64,000 nt of DNA from Adineta vaga (Eukaryota; Animalia; Rotifera). The DNA lies in the NCBI GenBank assembly GCA_021613535.1, contig CP075493.1:14694001-14758000 (forward strand), in the 5' to 3' direction. The notes beneath the pieces were generated by a model. It searched no databases. It worked only from the letters and a program-made list of their open reading frames with translations, and had not been told where the DNA came from. Positions 50,930-64,000 of this stretch are shown piece after piece (position 1 is the stretch's first letter; each line of letters starts with the position of its first letter). The translations under genes and the position numbers were made by a program.

Positions 50930-52012
50930 ATTTCATAATGTAAACTATTTGTCCTCTACAGTAGAAGAAATCTTAATCTTATTTATGTTGTATACATCGT
51001 CGTTCACTTCTCTTTTTCTTTCCTCTATACGTTTTGTTGTTTCTATTTCTATCATATCAATTGAGTATTTCAAATAAAAAACGAACATGACGTCATCAGT
51101 GACTTTAAAACAAGCGTATATCAAATGTGAAAAAAGTGGAGATATTATCAGTTGTGGTAGATGTCAACAACTGAGAGATATTCGAAATGTGGTTTTCATC
51201 TAGGAATGGAAGCATCAATTGCTAGACAATATTGGTCTTGTTGTTATTCATTGGAACGAGAATCGAATGATCGATGAATCGACCAAATAAGACACATAGA
51301 TGTTTCTCACTGTTTAAATCAATGGCGTTTTAATTTATGATAAAAATGTCAATTAAGGAAGAGGAGACGAGCCATGTTTTGAATCTCCATTTCTATAGTG
51401 AAAAATAAACTTGAAAAAATTGATTTATTTCTTTCATTAATATTTTCGTTGGGTATTAGAAAAATAAGCTGTCTTTTTTTCTGCAGATATAATAAATGAT
51501 CGTCATCCATCATTTCGGATTGGTGATAATTATTCGTCAATAAATACATATATGATATTGATATATAAAAAAAGATGTCCTATGAATGTGCGCAAGTCAT
51601 TATACAGGTAAATGATGAAAACAAACGTTGATCAGATAGGATAGATCATATTCGATTTTGCAAAATACGATATTCTTTTTTAGTTTTACTATTCTGTAGA
51701 ATAACCTAGAGTAGATAGAGCTCTTACAATCTCGATTCAACTTTCCGTTATTACAAAAATTTATCAAAACTAATATTTTTTTCTGATAGATTCCTATGAC
51801 ATCGACAAAAGCCGACGTCAGAGTCAAAAACCAAACGTCACCAACGAATCCTCTTTCACACAATCAACGAAGAAATAGACAAATCCTATCGATTATTTGT
51901 AGCATGTGAGTAGAATCAGTTTTATTTAATATCTGAAGTATGATTTCTTTTGATCATTATCAGAAAATGTTGTTCTTATTTACGATCAAATCGAACAACA
52001 TTTCATCTTTTG

Positions 52013-55000
52013 ATGTGTCTACTCTATGTAAGTTTAACGATACTTGTTGGTATTATTGTAGTTAATGTTACTTCACAAAAACCAATAGGTGTGTGTTTTC
52101 AATATTGTAAATGTTAGAAATCATGTGTTTTCTTGTGTGATTTAGTTGACAAATGTGAAATAAGTTTTGTCGCAGTTATTCCAAATCCAATTGAATATAT
52201 TCATACTCCACGATCTGTTGCCATTGGTGATTTTAATCTTGATAGATTATTGGATATGGTTGTTGTTAATCAGGCTGTTGATAATATTGCTATATTTTTT
52301 GGACTGGGTGATGGTAATTTTCAAAATCAGATGGAATATTCCACTGGTATCAATTCGAAACCATGTATGGTTGCAGTCGGTGATTTTAATCGAGACAATC
52401 GATTAGATATCGCTGTGGCTAATTTTCGCTCAAATAATATTGCGATCTTTCTTGGACTTGGAAATGGAATCTTTGCAGAGAAAATATTCATTTCAACCGC
52501 GTCATCTCGTCCAGTTTGGATACATGTAGATGACTTTGATAATGATGAAATGATCGATCTAGTAACGGTTAATTATGGCACAGATAGTATAAGTATATTT
52601 CATGGTTTGGGAAATGGTGTGTTCTCATTGACGATGACATATTCAACAGGTTTCGATTCATATCCAGTGTCAATCATATCTAGAGATTTTAATAACGATA
52701 AACAATTAGATCTTATCGTCACCAACTACGGTACAGATAGTATTGGTCTATTTTTAGGATTTATGAATGGAACTTTCCAGAATCAAAAATCATTTTTCAT
52801 TGGATATGGATCCCATCCATATTCGGTCACTGCTGGTTATTTTGATAATGATACTTTTCTTGACATTGCTGTGACTAATAATGGATATAATAGTATTAGT
52901 ATACTTTTGGGTGATGAGAATGGAACATTCCATCTTCAAGTTTCATATTCTACGGGTAGTTCATCTCCATATATAATACTTTGTGGCGATTTTAACAACG
53001 ATTATCAAATGGATTTAATCGTTACTAATAAAGGTATAAATAATATTATTGTATTTCTTGGATTGAATAATGGAAGTTTCGTTTTATCAAAAATGTATTC
53101 AACTGGTTCAACTTCTTCGATTTCAGCTGGTTTAGGTGATTTTAATGGTGATCATCGACTGGACATGAGTGTTGTTAATAATGATACAAATAGTATTGAT
53201 ATTCTGATTAGTTATGATGAATTCTTTCCACTTCAATTGGAATATTCTACAGAAGTGAAAATATCTTTTATTACGATAGGGAATTTTAATAACGATGGTT
53301 ACTTGGATATCATTGGACTTGGTTCTGAAAATACTTTTTATTTATATCCTGGAATCGGTAAGGGTTCATTTGGTGAACCGCTAATTTATAAAACTGCTAC
53401 TTCACCAAACTTTATTAGAACAGCTGATTTTAATAAAGATCATCGAATGGACATCGTTGCCGTTAACATTGAAAATAATAGCGTAAGTATATTTCTGGGC
53501 TACGGCAATGGATCTTTTGATACTGAAAGAGAATATGCAGTTGGCGATTATCCATATCGTGTAGCTGTTAGTGATTTGAATAATGATACTTGGTTAGATC
53601 TGATTGTCACTAATTATCATGGTAACAGTATAAGTATACTTTTTGGACTTGACAACGGTACTTTCAGGAACCAAACGCAGTATTCAACTATGTTCTATCC
53701 ATATGCTATATCTATTACTGATTTAAATAATGACAATCGGTTAGATATTGTCATCGCGAATTTTCTTAATAGTTCTCTCAGTGTCTTTTTTGGATATAAA
53801 AATGGGTCATTCACTAATCAAACCGTTTATCTTACAGACGTTCAACCCATATCTGTAGAAGCTGCTGATTTTAACGGTGACAATCAAATAGATATTCTTG
53901 CTATTACTTCTCAAATTAATACTATAAATCTTTTTATTGGATTTGGTAATGGTTCATTTCAAAATCCAATTACTTATCCATTAGATTTTACTCCAAATAG
54001 TCTTGTTATTGCAGATTTTAATAATGACACTAAAATTGATCTTCTTATGCTCAGTAGTAGTGATAAAACTCTAAATCTGTTTCTTGGTCTTGGAAATGGT
54101 TCTTTTGCAAACCGAATAAAGTTTCCAACTGGTAATTGGGCAACTTCAGTTGTTATTGGTGATTTTAATGATGACAAATGGTTGGATACTGCGTTTGTTA
54201 ATTTTATTGATTCTACAATAAGTGTTTTAATTCATAAGGATAGAGGAAACTTTTCATATGGAGTACCCTACTCATCGGCTACCGGTGCTATTTTACGATC
54301 TGTTGTGACTCATGATTTTAATAATGACAGTTATTTAGATTTAATGGTTACAAATTATGGCACAAAAAGTGTAGGCCTACTTTTTGGTCAGAGTAATGCA
54401 ACTTTTAATAATCAAATATTGTTTAGTACTGGCCAAAATTCTTACCCATATTCAATTGCAATTGGTAATTTTAACAACGATACTCGACTAGATGTGGCTA
54501 TTGCTAATTCTGGTACGAACATGATTGAAGTTTTACTTGCAAATAAAAATGGAACGTTTTCATTTGAAACAACGTATGGAACGGGATCAAAGTTGACTCC
54601 ATCTGTGATTGCTACAGGAGATTTTAATAACCATGGTGTATCAGAAGTTATTGTTACTTATGATGATGCTGATGATATTCATATATTTAGTACATATGAT
54701 ACTGCATTTTTTAGAGATCAAGAAATCTATGCGACTGATGGTTATCCATTATCTATCGTTGTCGATGACTTCAACGACGATACCTTTCTAGATATTATCA
54801 CTGTTTGTAGAACTGACAACGCTATGAATATTTTTTTTGGACATGGCAATGGAACTTTTGCCAATAAAACAGTCTATCCTATGGGTATTAGTCCACTCTC
54901 ATTGGGTGTCGGAGACTTTAATAATGATACATGGCTCGATCTTGTGATCACTAATTATATTAATAGTTCCATAAGTGTCATTTTAGGCTATGGAAACGGC

Positions 55001-56332
55001 TCTTTTACCAAAGAAACAAGATATTCAACGGGTGCTTCTCCTACATTTGTACGTGTCGCTAATGTCAATAATGACCGTCGATTAGATCTTATCGTTCTCA
55101 ATATTGTAAGTAACACTATAAGTATCCTTTTGGGACATGGTAATGGAACGTTTAGAAATCAAATGACTTATCCTACTGGATCAGGTCCACAGTCGCTGGA
55201 TGTGGGTAATTTCAATAACGATACTCTATTGGATATTGTTGTTTCTGAGACTCGTAGTAGTTCGATAAGCGTGCTTTTTGGGTATGGCAATGGTTCTTTT
55301 TCCAAGCGAACGATACATGCAAATAGTACTTCAACAAGATTTGTAATCGTTGCAGATGTCAACAATGATGAACGATCAGATTTCATCACTGCCAATACTT
55401 TCGAAAATGCGATTGGTGTTCATCTTGGATACGGAAACGGTTCCTTTGCTCAACAAAGGATGTATCTTTGTGGAAATGCTCCTCAGGCTATAGCTATTCA
55501 TGATTTAAATAATGATGGCTTCTTAGATGCTATCGTTACTTCCGTTGGTGGTAATGGTGTAAGCGTTCTCCTCGGTTATGGCGATGGTTCTTTTGCTAAT
55601 TATGTCATGTATCCATGTGGTTCATCCCCATACGGTATTGGCGTTGCTGATTTTAACCGAGACAATCGATTGGATCTTGCTGTTACCAGTCGAAACCTAA
55701 ATAGAGTAAGTGTCTTTATCGGCTATAGTAACATCACTTTGGTAAATCGAATGACACTCATTACCGGTAATCAATCTCGACCAAAATCAATTGCCATCGC
55801 TGATTTTAATAACGATAACCAATCCGATATAAGTGTTGTCAATTCGGGTACGAACAACGTGGGCATCTTTCTTAGTCATGGTAATGGCACTTTTACTGAT
55901 CAAATCATCATTGCCGTTGGTCTTAGTCCACATTCGATAGATGTTGCAGATTTTAATAAAGATACTAGAATGGATATTGTGGTTACTAATTCTGGTAATG
56001 ACACGCTGAGTGTTCTTCTTGGATCCGCCAATGGATTATTCGAAAATCAAACGATGTACACAGTTGGCTCGGGTCCACAGTTTGTGACCGTTGCTGATTT
56101 TGATAATGACAGTTTTTTGGATATTATCGTTGTTATTTATAATACAAATAGTGTCGAAATCATCTTTGGACAAGGCAATGGTATATTTACAGGTCTTCGG
56201 AAATTTTCGATTGGTTATGGAACTCATCCGTTTTCTCTAGTTGTTGGCGATTATAATGGCGATAGAAAACTTGACTTTGCCGTTGCTAATGGAGGCACTG
56301 ACTCTTTAAAACTTATGCTACAAACATGTTAA
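52013..56332 (+). CDS. Secreted FG-GAP/VCBS repeat protein (~1420 aa)
   Basis: Signal-peptide exon 52013-52088, intron 52089-52145; more than 20 repeats of GDFNxDxxLDxxVxN...GxGNGxF. Confidence 0.92.
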
Positions 56333-57297
56333 CATATAATTTATTGCTATGACTTGCTTTTTGCAATACTCGCGAGGACTATGCGGATTTTAATAGAAAA
56401 CTAAAGTAACTGTTTAAATCGACTTATCATCTAGACATATATTCATGATAATGAACAAGAGACCTCACACTCTCAGCTTCAAGAGTATTTTTGTAAACGA
56501 TTTGCTAATACAATGAGATAAGTATAAAATAGCAATAAAGAAATTCTTTTGAATGGTAAATCAACTCAACGAGAATATAATTTAATGAAGTAAAGAGCAT
56601 CTGTTGACATGGAAAAGGCATAATTTCAGTATTTTTCTCTCTTTCTCATTTCTACGATGAAAATAGAGCAATGTTGATTTTCTTTCATCAGAAGAATTGT
56701 TTTTCAAAATGTTTATTTCAACAGTAATGTTATGTTCGGAGAAGAATGAAGAATATGATCTACTTCTCCTTTGAATAAAAATTGATGTTTGAAACCTATC
56801 CAAGAATATATGTAATCATTTCAATTTAGGTAAGAAAATCTAATTGGATTTGTATTAAAACTATTATTTTCTTTTGATTGCGTAAGACTGACTTTTCAAA
56901 ATCATTTAAAGGAAAGCATAACAAAAATAGACTGTAAAATTTCACATGTTCTCCGTAGTATAATTATATAATTGCTTCTTGTAAGTTTGACTTCAAATGA
57001 AAATAATGTTGTTTATATTTGGAGCAGAACTTCAGCATATAACAAATCAAAATAACTTATGCTGCCGACCCATACTAACAAGGAACGAAAAAAACGACGT
57101 TATTATGTGTGCGTTAAAAAACTTTTTTAATTTGCTGAAGAACAATTGAAACAGCATTGGTTGTTAACAACTCGACTTATTCTTAAAATAATTAGATTTT
57201 TTAACACGTAGAAATGTGCGCTTTTTTGTTCCTTGTCTATTTGGGGAGAAGTTTTTTCTGAGATTGTTCCAATATATTTTTCTTTTAGATTGAGATC

Positions 57298-60200
57298 ATG
57301 TCTTTTTTCAAAGATTATTTTCAGAATCTAAATTTTTTTGAACCAGTTATTAGTAATAATATCAAAGAGAATAAAAATAAACTTCGTTCCAACATTATAG
57401 CTACTCGTATATACATTATAGTTCTTGCAATAATTCTCATTATCGTCAGTATTGTATTGTGGATTACTCCACAAACAACAGTTATCACAATTCAACAGCC
57501 AACAATTGATCAAATAAAACTTATGCCATTCGATGCACGATGTCCTTGTTCACGAATTTCTATTTCCTATGGTGATTTCATTTCACTTCAACCAAGATTT
57601 CATCAAGTATGTTCAAGTGATTTTGTTTCGAATCGATGGATTCAAGCAATTAATCTCGGTATAAACACTAGTTACTATCAGACGACTGATTTTCGACTTA
57701 TTGGAAGTGCTACTTTTCTAGCACTTGCAGAATTTTGTCGTTTGTCAAAAGACAATGTTTTTCGAACCATAACTTCATTTGATATATCTACTCTAATTAG
57801 TCAACAAGTTATCTCTGAAACGATTCTACAATCACAAATACAAGCATTTTTTGATCAATTCTTATTGGCAACATTCAATATCTTTCAATCTCAAATCTAT
57901 TTGATTCGCCAGATAAGTACGACATTCATCTCTGGACTACAAACGAATTTCTATCTGAAATACACGACAGAGACATCTTTACTTGTCGATGCAAACTTAT
58001 ACGTCGACGAGAAGGGAAGTTTTTGCAGTTGCTTGGGAATGTTTGATTGTCGCGCTGCTGCAAATATCTATGATACTACCGATGGAACTGTACTGATGAA
58101 AGTTCTTGGAGTTGTCGCTGGTTGCTTACCAGTAAATTCGATGTTTCTCTCAACTATGGAATGTTTTTACAACCAGACATGTATCAATACTTTGATATCC
58201 TTTTTTGCTATAAACGAAAGTTTTACAGCTATGAAAGTGATTGAAAACAGTCCATTTGGACCGAGTTCAGTGTTGAGATTCATAATCAATAACTTAATGG
58301 TAGAAGATTGGACAAAAAAAATCTCGTATGAAAAATATTATAATCAATGTGCACCTAATACATGTAGTTATTCCAGTGTTGAACATCATAATTTTATCTT
58401 TGTACTGACCAAAATTATTAGTCTTTTGGGTGGTTTGACACTTGTACTCAATTTAATAATTCCAAAAATTGTTCAATTTAAAAGACGCATTCGAAAGTCT
58501 GAACCAGTTCCAAAAATTCCTCGTAAGTGTGATATAGAATTCAATAGGAAACATTCTCCTTATTTCTAGTACATATTCGCATATCTCAACTTCGACTATT
58601 TCTTCAAAAGACCGTGTACGAATTTAATCTTTTCCAACAACAAACAACTAATGATCGACAATTGCGTTTTCAACGAATCGCTACTCGATTACACATCATA
58701 TGTATTGCAATTGCATTAGTCGTATTAACGATATATACATCATTAAGTACAAATATCTATCATGAAACTGTTCTCAATCCAACTGAAACACAATTTATTG
58801 AATTACATCAAAACTATTCAACTAGTCTATCATGTCCATGTTCATCAACTTCTATGCACTACTCTACATTCATGGCTATTCAACCTGATTATCATCAGAT
58901 GTGTTTAAGTGATTTAGTTTCTTCTAATTGGATTTCATACAACTATGCAATAAATGATATTGGTAGACATTACTATTTGGATTATCGCGCGTCTGCCGGA
59001 CTTTTTTTCTACTTTTTATCTCTATTTTGTCAAGAAGCTATGCAGACGGTCACGAATGCACTTGATGTCTTCTTGCAAACACAATTGATTAGTTCTCAAG
59101 TTCTTTCTCAAGAATTCTTTCAATTTCAATCGGATTCATTGATTCAAAACTGGCAATCTACTACGACCTATCAATATGTTCGAACAATTGAATTCATGCG
59201 AATCATTTCACACGGAAATCGACTGAATAATGGCCATTTAAATGTTTTATTTATGACAAATACAACTACAAGAGAAACAACAATGACGTCACAAATGTAT
59301 GGTAATTGTTCTTGTGGTTTATCACCATGTCGTCAACTGTTAGGCATATATGAATACAATTCAACTCGAGATGATTATACGCTAATCTTTGAAATTCCTC
59401 ACTTTTATGTAGGATGCTATTTTGTCGATTTCTTTTTTGCATCAACGTTAGAATGTTACTACAATCGATCTTGTATGATTGAAATTGATCGATATATGGA
59501 TATCGCACGTAGCTCAACTTACAATTTTTCTCCCTTGAACTCAACGCTCAACTCTCCTTACGAGACAATTCAATCTATAACGAACAATCTTATGGTTAAT
59601 TCATGGTCAGTGAATGTTTCTTTTACCTCCTATTATAGTACATGTGCTCCACATTCGTGTACATTTGTATATGAACGTCGTATGAGTATCTTTCTTGTCA
59701 TCACGACTGTCATCGGTATTTTTGGTGGATTATCACTTGGTTTAAAAATTCTTATTATAGTTACTCTACCATTAATTGAGAAAATCATGAATAGTAATCA
59801 TCGTGTTCATCCGATCGATTTTCTTCGACGTTGTTTCACTTTTCATGATCAACATCGATTAATTCGTCAAGTGCATGTACTCTTGCTTATCATAGCATTG
59901 TGCTGTCTTTACATGGTTTCCTCTTTCAGCCCTCGTTTAGTAACTTTTCAGATAGTAAAACCATCGCTCTCTACTTATCAACACTTAGCAACACGCTATT
60001 CTGATACTATTGACTGTACGTGTTCACAAGTATCAATTCAATATGGATTGTTTCTAACGGTCATACCTCGTTTTCATCAAGTTTGTTCAAGTGATTTCGT
60101 ATCCGATCGTTGGATCACGTATATTTATGATATCAGTAATTCAGCTCAACAATCAAATTCAAGTGATTTTCGATATTCAGCCACTGCACAATTCCAGTTA

Positions 60201-60953
60201 CTTGCTGCACTCTGTCGACTTGCAGAAGAAACAGTAAACAATACACTTCTTCGTCTAATTGCAAATTATTTCATCAATATTGAGCTTTTATCTGAAGATG
60301 CTCTTAAAAAACGCATAGAGATGACTGTTAATCAACTGGAGATAACAACACCAAACTCATATCTATCCACTATGTCTTTGATTCGTGGAACTATCGTTGC
60401 AAACATGTTTCTAAGTGGACCGACTAGTAGTTGGTCCATTGATACTCCCGATGTCATTGTAGATGGAGCCAGAATACGCATGAAACCGTTGATGTATGAT
60501 GGATGTAGTTGTGGATCGTCATCAAAATGCGTGCATTCATCGAGAGGTATGCTTGCAGGTTGTTATTCATTAGAAGCACTTTTACAATCGACATTACATT
60601 GTTTGTATGATCAACAATGTATTGATCCAAATCATGTATTTCAAGCAATGAATTTTTCTTCTTCTCTTTCGAAATCGAGTCGTTATGATATGAACACAAC
60701 GATCGAATCGATTGTGAATCAGTTAATGATAGAAGAATATTTAAGATATATTTCATATGTAAAATATTTTGAACAATGTGCACCTTCATCATGTGATTAT
60801 TCGTATATGGGTAAAGATGATTTTATCGAAGGTTTTACATTTTTAATAGGACTATACGGTGGACTGCTGATTATTTGTCGAGCAATTGCCGTGATTATTG
60901 TTAAATTAATTTCGCCTCGTATTTCAAGAGTCATTCCAATAAATGTCAACTAA
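57298..60953 (+). CDS. ~1200-aa membrane protein of three tandem TM-Cys-rich ectodomain-TM modules
   Basis: ORFs joined in frame by intron 58523-58569; each module has CxCS...[FY]HQxCxSDxVSxxW...D[FY]R...GC...ST[LM]xCxY...YxxCAPxxCx[YF]...GGL. Confidence 0.85.
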
Positions 60954-62222
60954 TGCATATCATGCTGTTGAAACAGAATCTAACATACTCTTTGTATTTT
61001 TCTTAATTTCAATACTTATTCATATAATTGCCAAATAAATATTCTACTTTGAAATATATCACCCAAGAGAATAAAAGTGAGTTGTAGAGTCGTGTAAGTT
61101 TGATCAAGAAAAGATTATTACGCCAACAGTCTCGCCCTCAGAAACTTTCACATTGGAAAACGTGCTATCGTTTTGGTTGATGTACATAGTGTTATAATAA
61201 ATATTGTCAACGGACAAATAGGTGTGGGTGTGAGGGAGAGTGATAATGAAAACAAAATATTTCGAAAGCATATGACATCAGAGAATAAATTCAATTTGTT
61301 TCATAAAATTTCTTGTTCAATATAGAAAAGATAAAAAAAATGTTTAAAATGTTGATATTCCAGCATTTCGCTCGAAATTTGCAGAGTGATTGTAAATGAC
61401 CATGATGTTCATGTTCATATTTCATTTGTGGTGGAGATGCGTCTGATCGTCTTATACAAAAGAAAAATAGAGTTTCATACAAAAAAGAAGTTTTCTCTTA
61501 CTTTTTCCAGCTGATTCTTTGCTTTTGAAATAAGAAAATCAGGTGTACTATCGCCGAATAGAAAACGTCCTACTCTCTTCACCAGTCCTGGTAATGTATT
61601 TTTATTCAATAAAGAGATTGAATTTATGATATGTATAATGGAAATTTATTTCAACGTAGTGAACAATTTTATTATGTAAGCTACAGCTTTAAACTAAACG
61701 TAAATTCTTAAGTTCAACGACTGATTTCGTCACTAGATACGTATTTCCAAATAGAAAAGAATAAATATATCGGCAAACGTATAATTACGCTATGCACCGA
61801 TGATTATACAAAACGAGCCATGGATGAATATTGTACAGAACGCGATAGAAAATGTGCGGAATAGTAAACAGAAAAAAGCATACTCATTTTCAAAACGCTA
61901 TGCCCTGAGTGATGAAGGTAAAGCTTATACGTTTATTCGTTATTTCATATCGCTTTTATTCAATATGCAGATTCTTAGTGGCCATATAACACTTAAAATC
62001 TAGATGAGATAAATATGCGATTAGTTTTTGGATATAGCCGCATTAATATTGCGATCCGCCATGATTGATACTCAGAAAAAAGATGGCGAAAATCATAATA
62101 CATATCGATACTATTTTAAAGTTTTTCCCATCCATCTGTAAGACAATACATTTCGAAATGTCATATAAGTAAAACTACTTATTTTTTATATTTCAGATCA
62201 TATTTTCATCAAATAAGTAAAA

Positions 62223-63882
62223 ATGAATTTCGATAATTTATCACAATACTCTGAATCACCATATCTTATGATTGGATTGGATTTAGCAAATGAATTAGTG
62301 AATCATTCGAATTTGTTCGGCATACAAAACTTATTCAATAGTATAGACGATTGTAAAAATTTCATTCAAAAACAATCAAATGATAAGAAAATTGTCGTTG
62401 TTATTTCCGGACATATATCTTTTCCTGAAATAAACCAACTCGAAAGTCTTTTACAAACCGAAGCTATTTATCTATTCACTCAATCTAATAATCCTAAAGA
62501 ACAATTGAAATGTGTCTATACAAAAATAACGACGAGACAGTTTTCCGAAATACTCGTGAAATTATTGAAAAAGTTTTGGTTTCTTTTCGGTTTAGCTATT
62601 GTCGTAGTTTTCGCTGCTTTATTTCCTCGTATAGGTGCGTCTGGTGGACCACTCTATGCTGAGTATACTCTCAAATGGGGATGTGTTATCATCATTTTTT
62701 TTCTTAGCGGTTTATCATTACCAACAAAAACGTTAAAGCACGAATTATTTCGTTTTCGTTTACATATCTTTACTCAAACGTTTAATCTTGTTTTTATTCC
62801 ATTTACTGTCTTTGGAATCTGTTTATTACTGAGTGAGACATCATTCAATAAAATATTTATTGGTGGTATTATAACAATGGCTTGTACTTCGACGACAATT
62901 TCAAGTAATGTAAGTATTTCAGAAAATAGTCTAGATAACAAGTGATGTGAGAGATCGTTTCTTTACATTTACATGCATCTTTATTGTATATCGGATATAT
63001 ACTAATGTAATATCTCCAATCGCACTATGATAATTTGAACTTTTCATTGTATATATACGAATAAAGGAAAGAAAATTTTGTCTCTAGGTGATAATGACAA
63101 AAAATGCTGGTGGAAATGAGCCGGCTGCCTTAGTCAATGCTGTCTTAGGTAATGTACTTGGTATAGTGGTATCACCTGCACTCATTTGGCTATTTATGTC
63201 AAATGCGAATCTGAATGTTCTAGAACAACCGTATCAATTGCAAGATTATTTAAATGTATTAATGAATTTAAGTATAACCGTACTTGTACCTATTATAGTT
63301 GGTCAAATAATTCATTTACTTTGGACAGAACAAATTACAAGGTTAAAAGAAAAATTTCATTTTACAGAATTAAATAGTCTATCATTATTGATCTTACTTT
63401 GGTCCGTTTTATGCGATTTATTTGGAAGTCAGGCATTTGAAAGTGTGAGAACGATTGATGTTTTAATAATTATTGTTCTTAATGCATCATTTTACATAAC
63501 GTTTTCTTTGATAGCAATGTTTCTTGCAAGATTACCTAATATTTTCATTTGTTGCAAACGAAACAAACATGGTGATAATCAACCATTATTAATAGAGTCA
63601 TATGAACATAAACAAAAGACATGTCTTGATCGATGGCGATTTTCCCGAGAAGATACTATAGCAATTATGTTTTGTGGCGCAACAAAAACAGTTGCAAAAG
63701 GCGTACCATTAATAAATGCTGTGAATTCAGCGAATAATCAAGGATTAATTGGTCTATTTGCACTACCATTGATATTTTATCATGTTGAACAATTAATAAT
63801 TGGTGCTATCGAAGTTTTTCTACTTCAAAAATGGTTGAAATCGAAATATGATGCAAATATTCAAGAACTTGTTCAGAAATAA
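62223..63882 (+). CDS. SLC10A7: SLC10A7/SBF-like transporter with an N-terminal receiver-like domain (~493 aa)
   Basis: WFLFGLAI, IFFLSGLSL, TTISSN|VIMTKNAGGNE, FCGATKT, PLIFYHVEQLI; intron 62910-63087. Confidence 0.8.
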
Positions 63883-64000
63883 CACAAAATATTGACATTG
63901 CAAAGAAGATGAAAATGTCAGAAATGATATTCTTCACTTCTTTTCTAAAGTTTCAATCAGACGTTTCATCCTAGTTTTATTCTAACACTCTTTCTGGAAT

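Noticed and set aside
51600-51863. Possible MITE remnant (also ~33680-33900, ~7780-7850)
   Set aside because: No paired terminal repeats or independent second copy found in the window.

Overview
AT-rich eukaryotic genomic DNA with short GT-AG introns. The gene families (ART-TPR, WWE-ART, NHL, FG-GAP, LDLa/EGF-GPCR, many divergent 7TM receptors, a bacterial-type ADH with introns, pentapeptide repeats) point to a bdelloid rotifer; this is an inference. No rRNA, tRNA, CRISPR array or intact transposase was seen. Main architecture: (i) a head-to-head palindromic duplication of a 75-aa Gly/Tyr-rich gene (3.25-4.86 kb); (ii) several defence-like or putatively foreign genes; (iii) a ~6.2-kb unit repeated ~2.3 times in tandem (30.27-44.64 kb) carrying a secreted Cys/aromatic-rich protein, a WWE-ART pseudogene and a spliced 144-aa permuted NlpC/P60 (LRAT/PLAAT-like) gene that the ORF track mostly misses; (iv) a MACPF protein; (v) a large FG-GAP protein next to a ~1200-aa membrane protein built of three tandem TM-ectodomain-TM modules, resembling a single-chain DEG/ENaC-like trimer; (vi) an SLC10A7-like transporter fused to the same receiver-like domain found on the ART-TPR protein. 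Short imperfect hairpins made of telomere-like TGTGGG/TGAGGG units are scattered through intergenic DNA. Exon boundaries were read by eye and no database searches were run.
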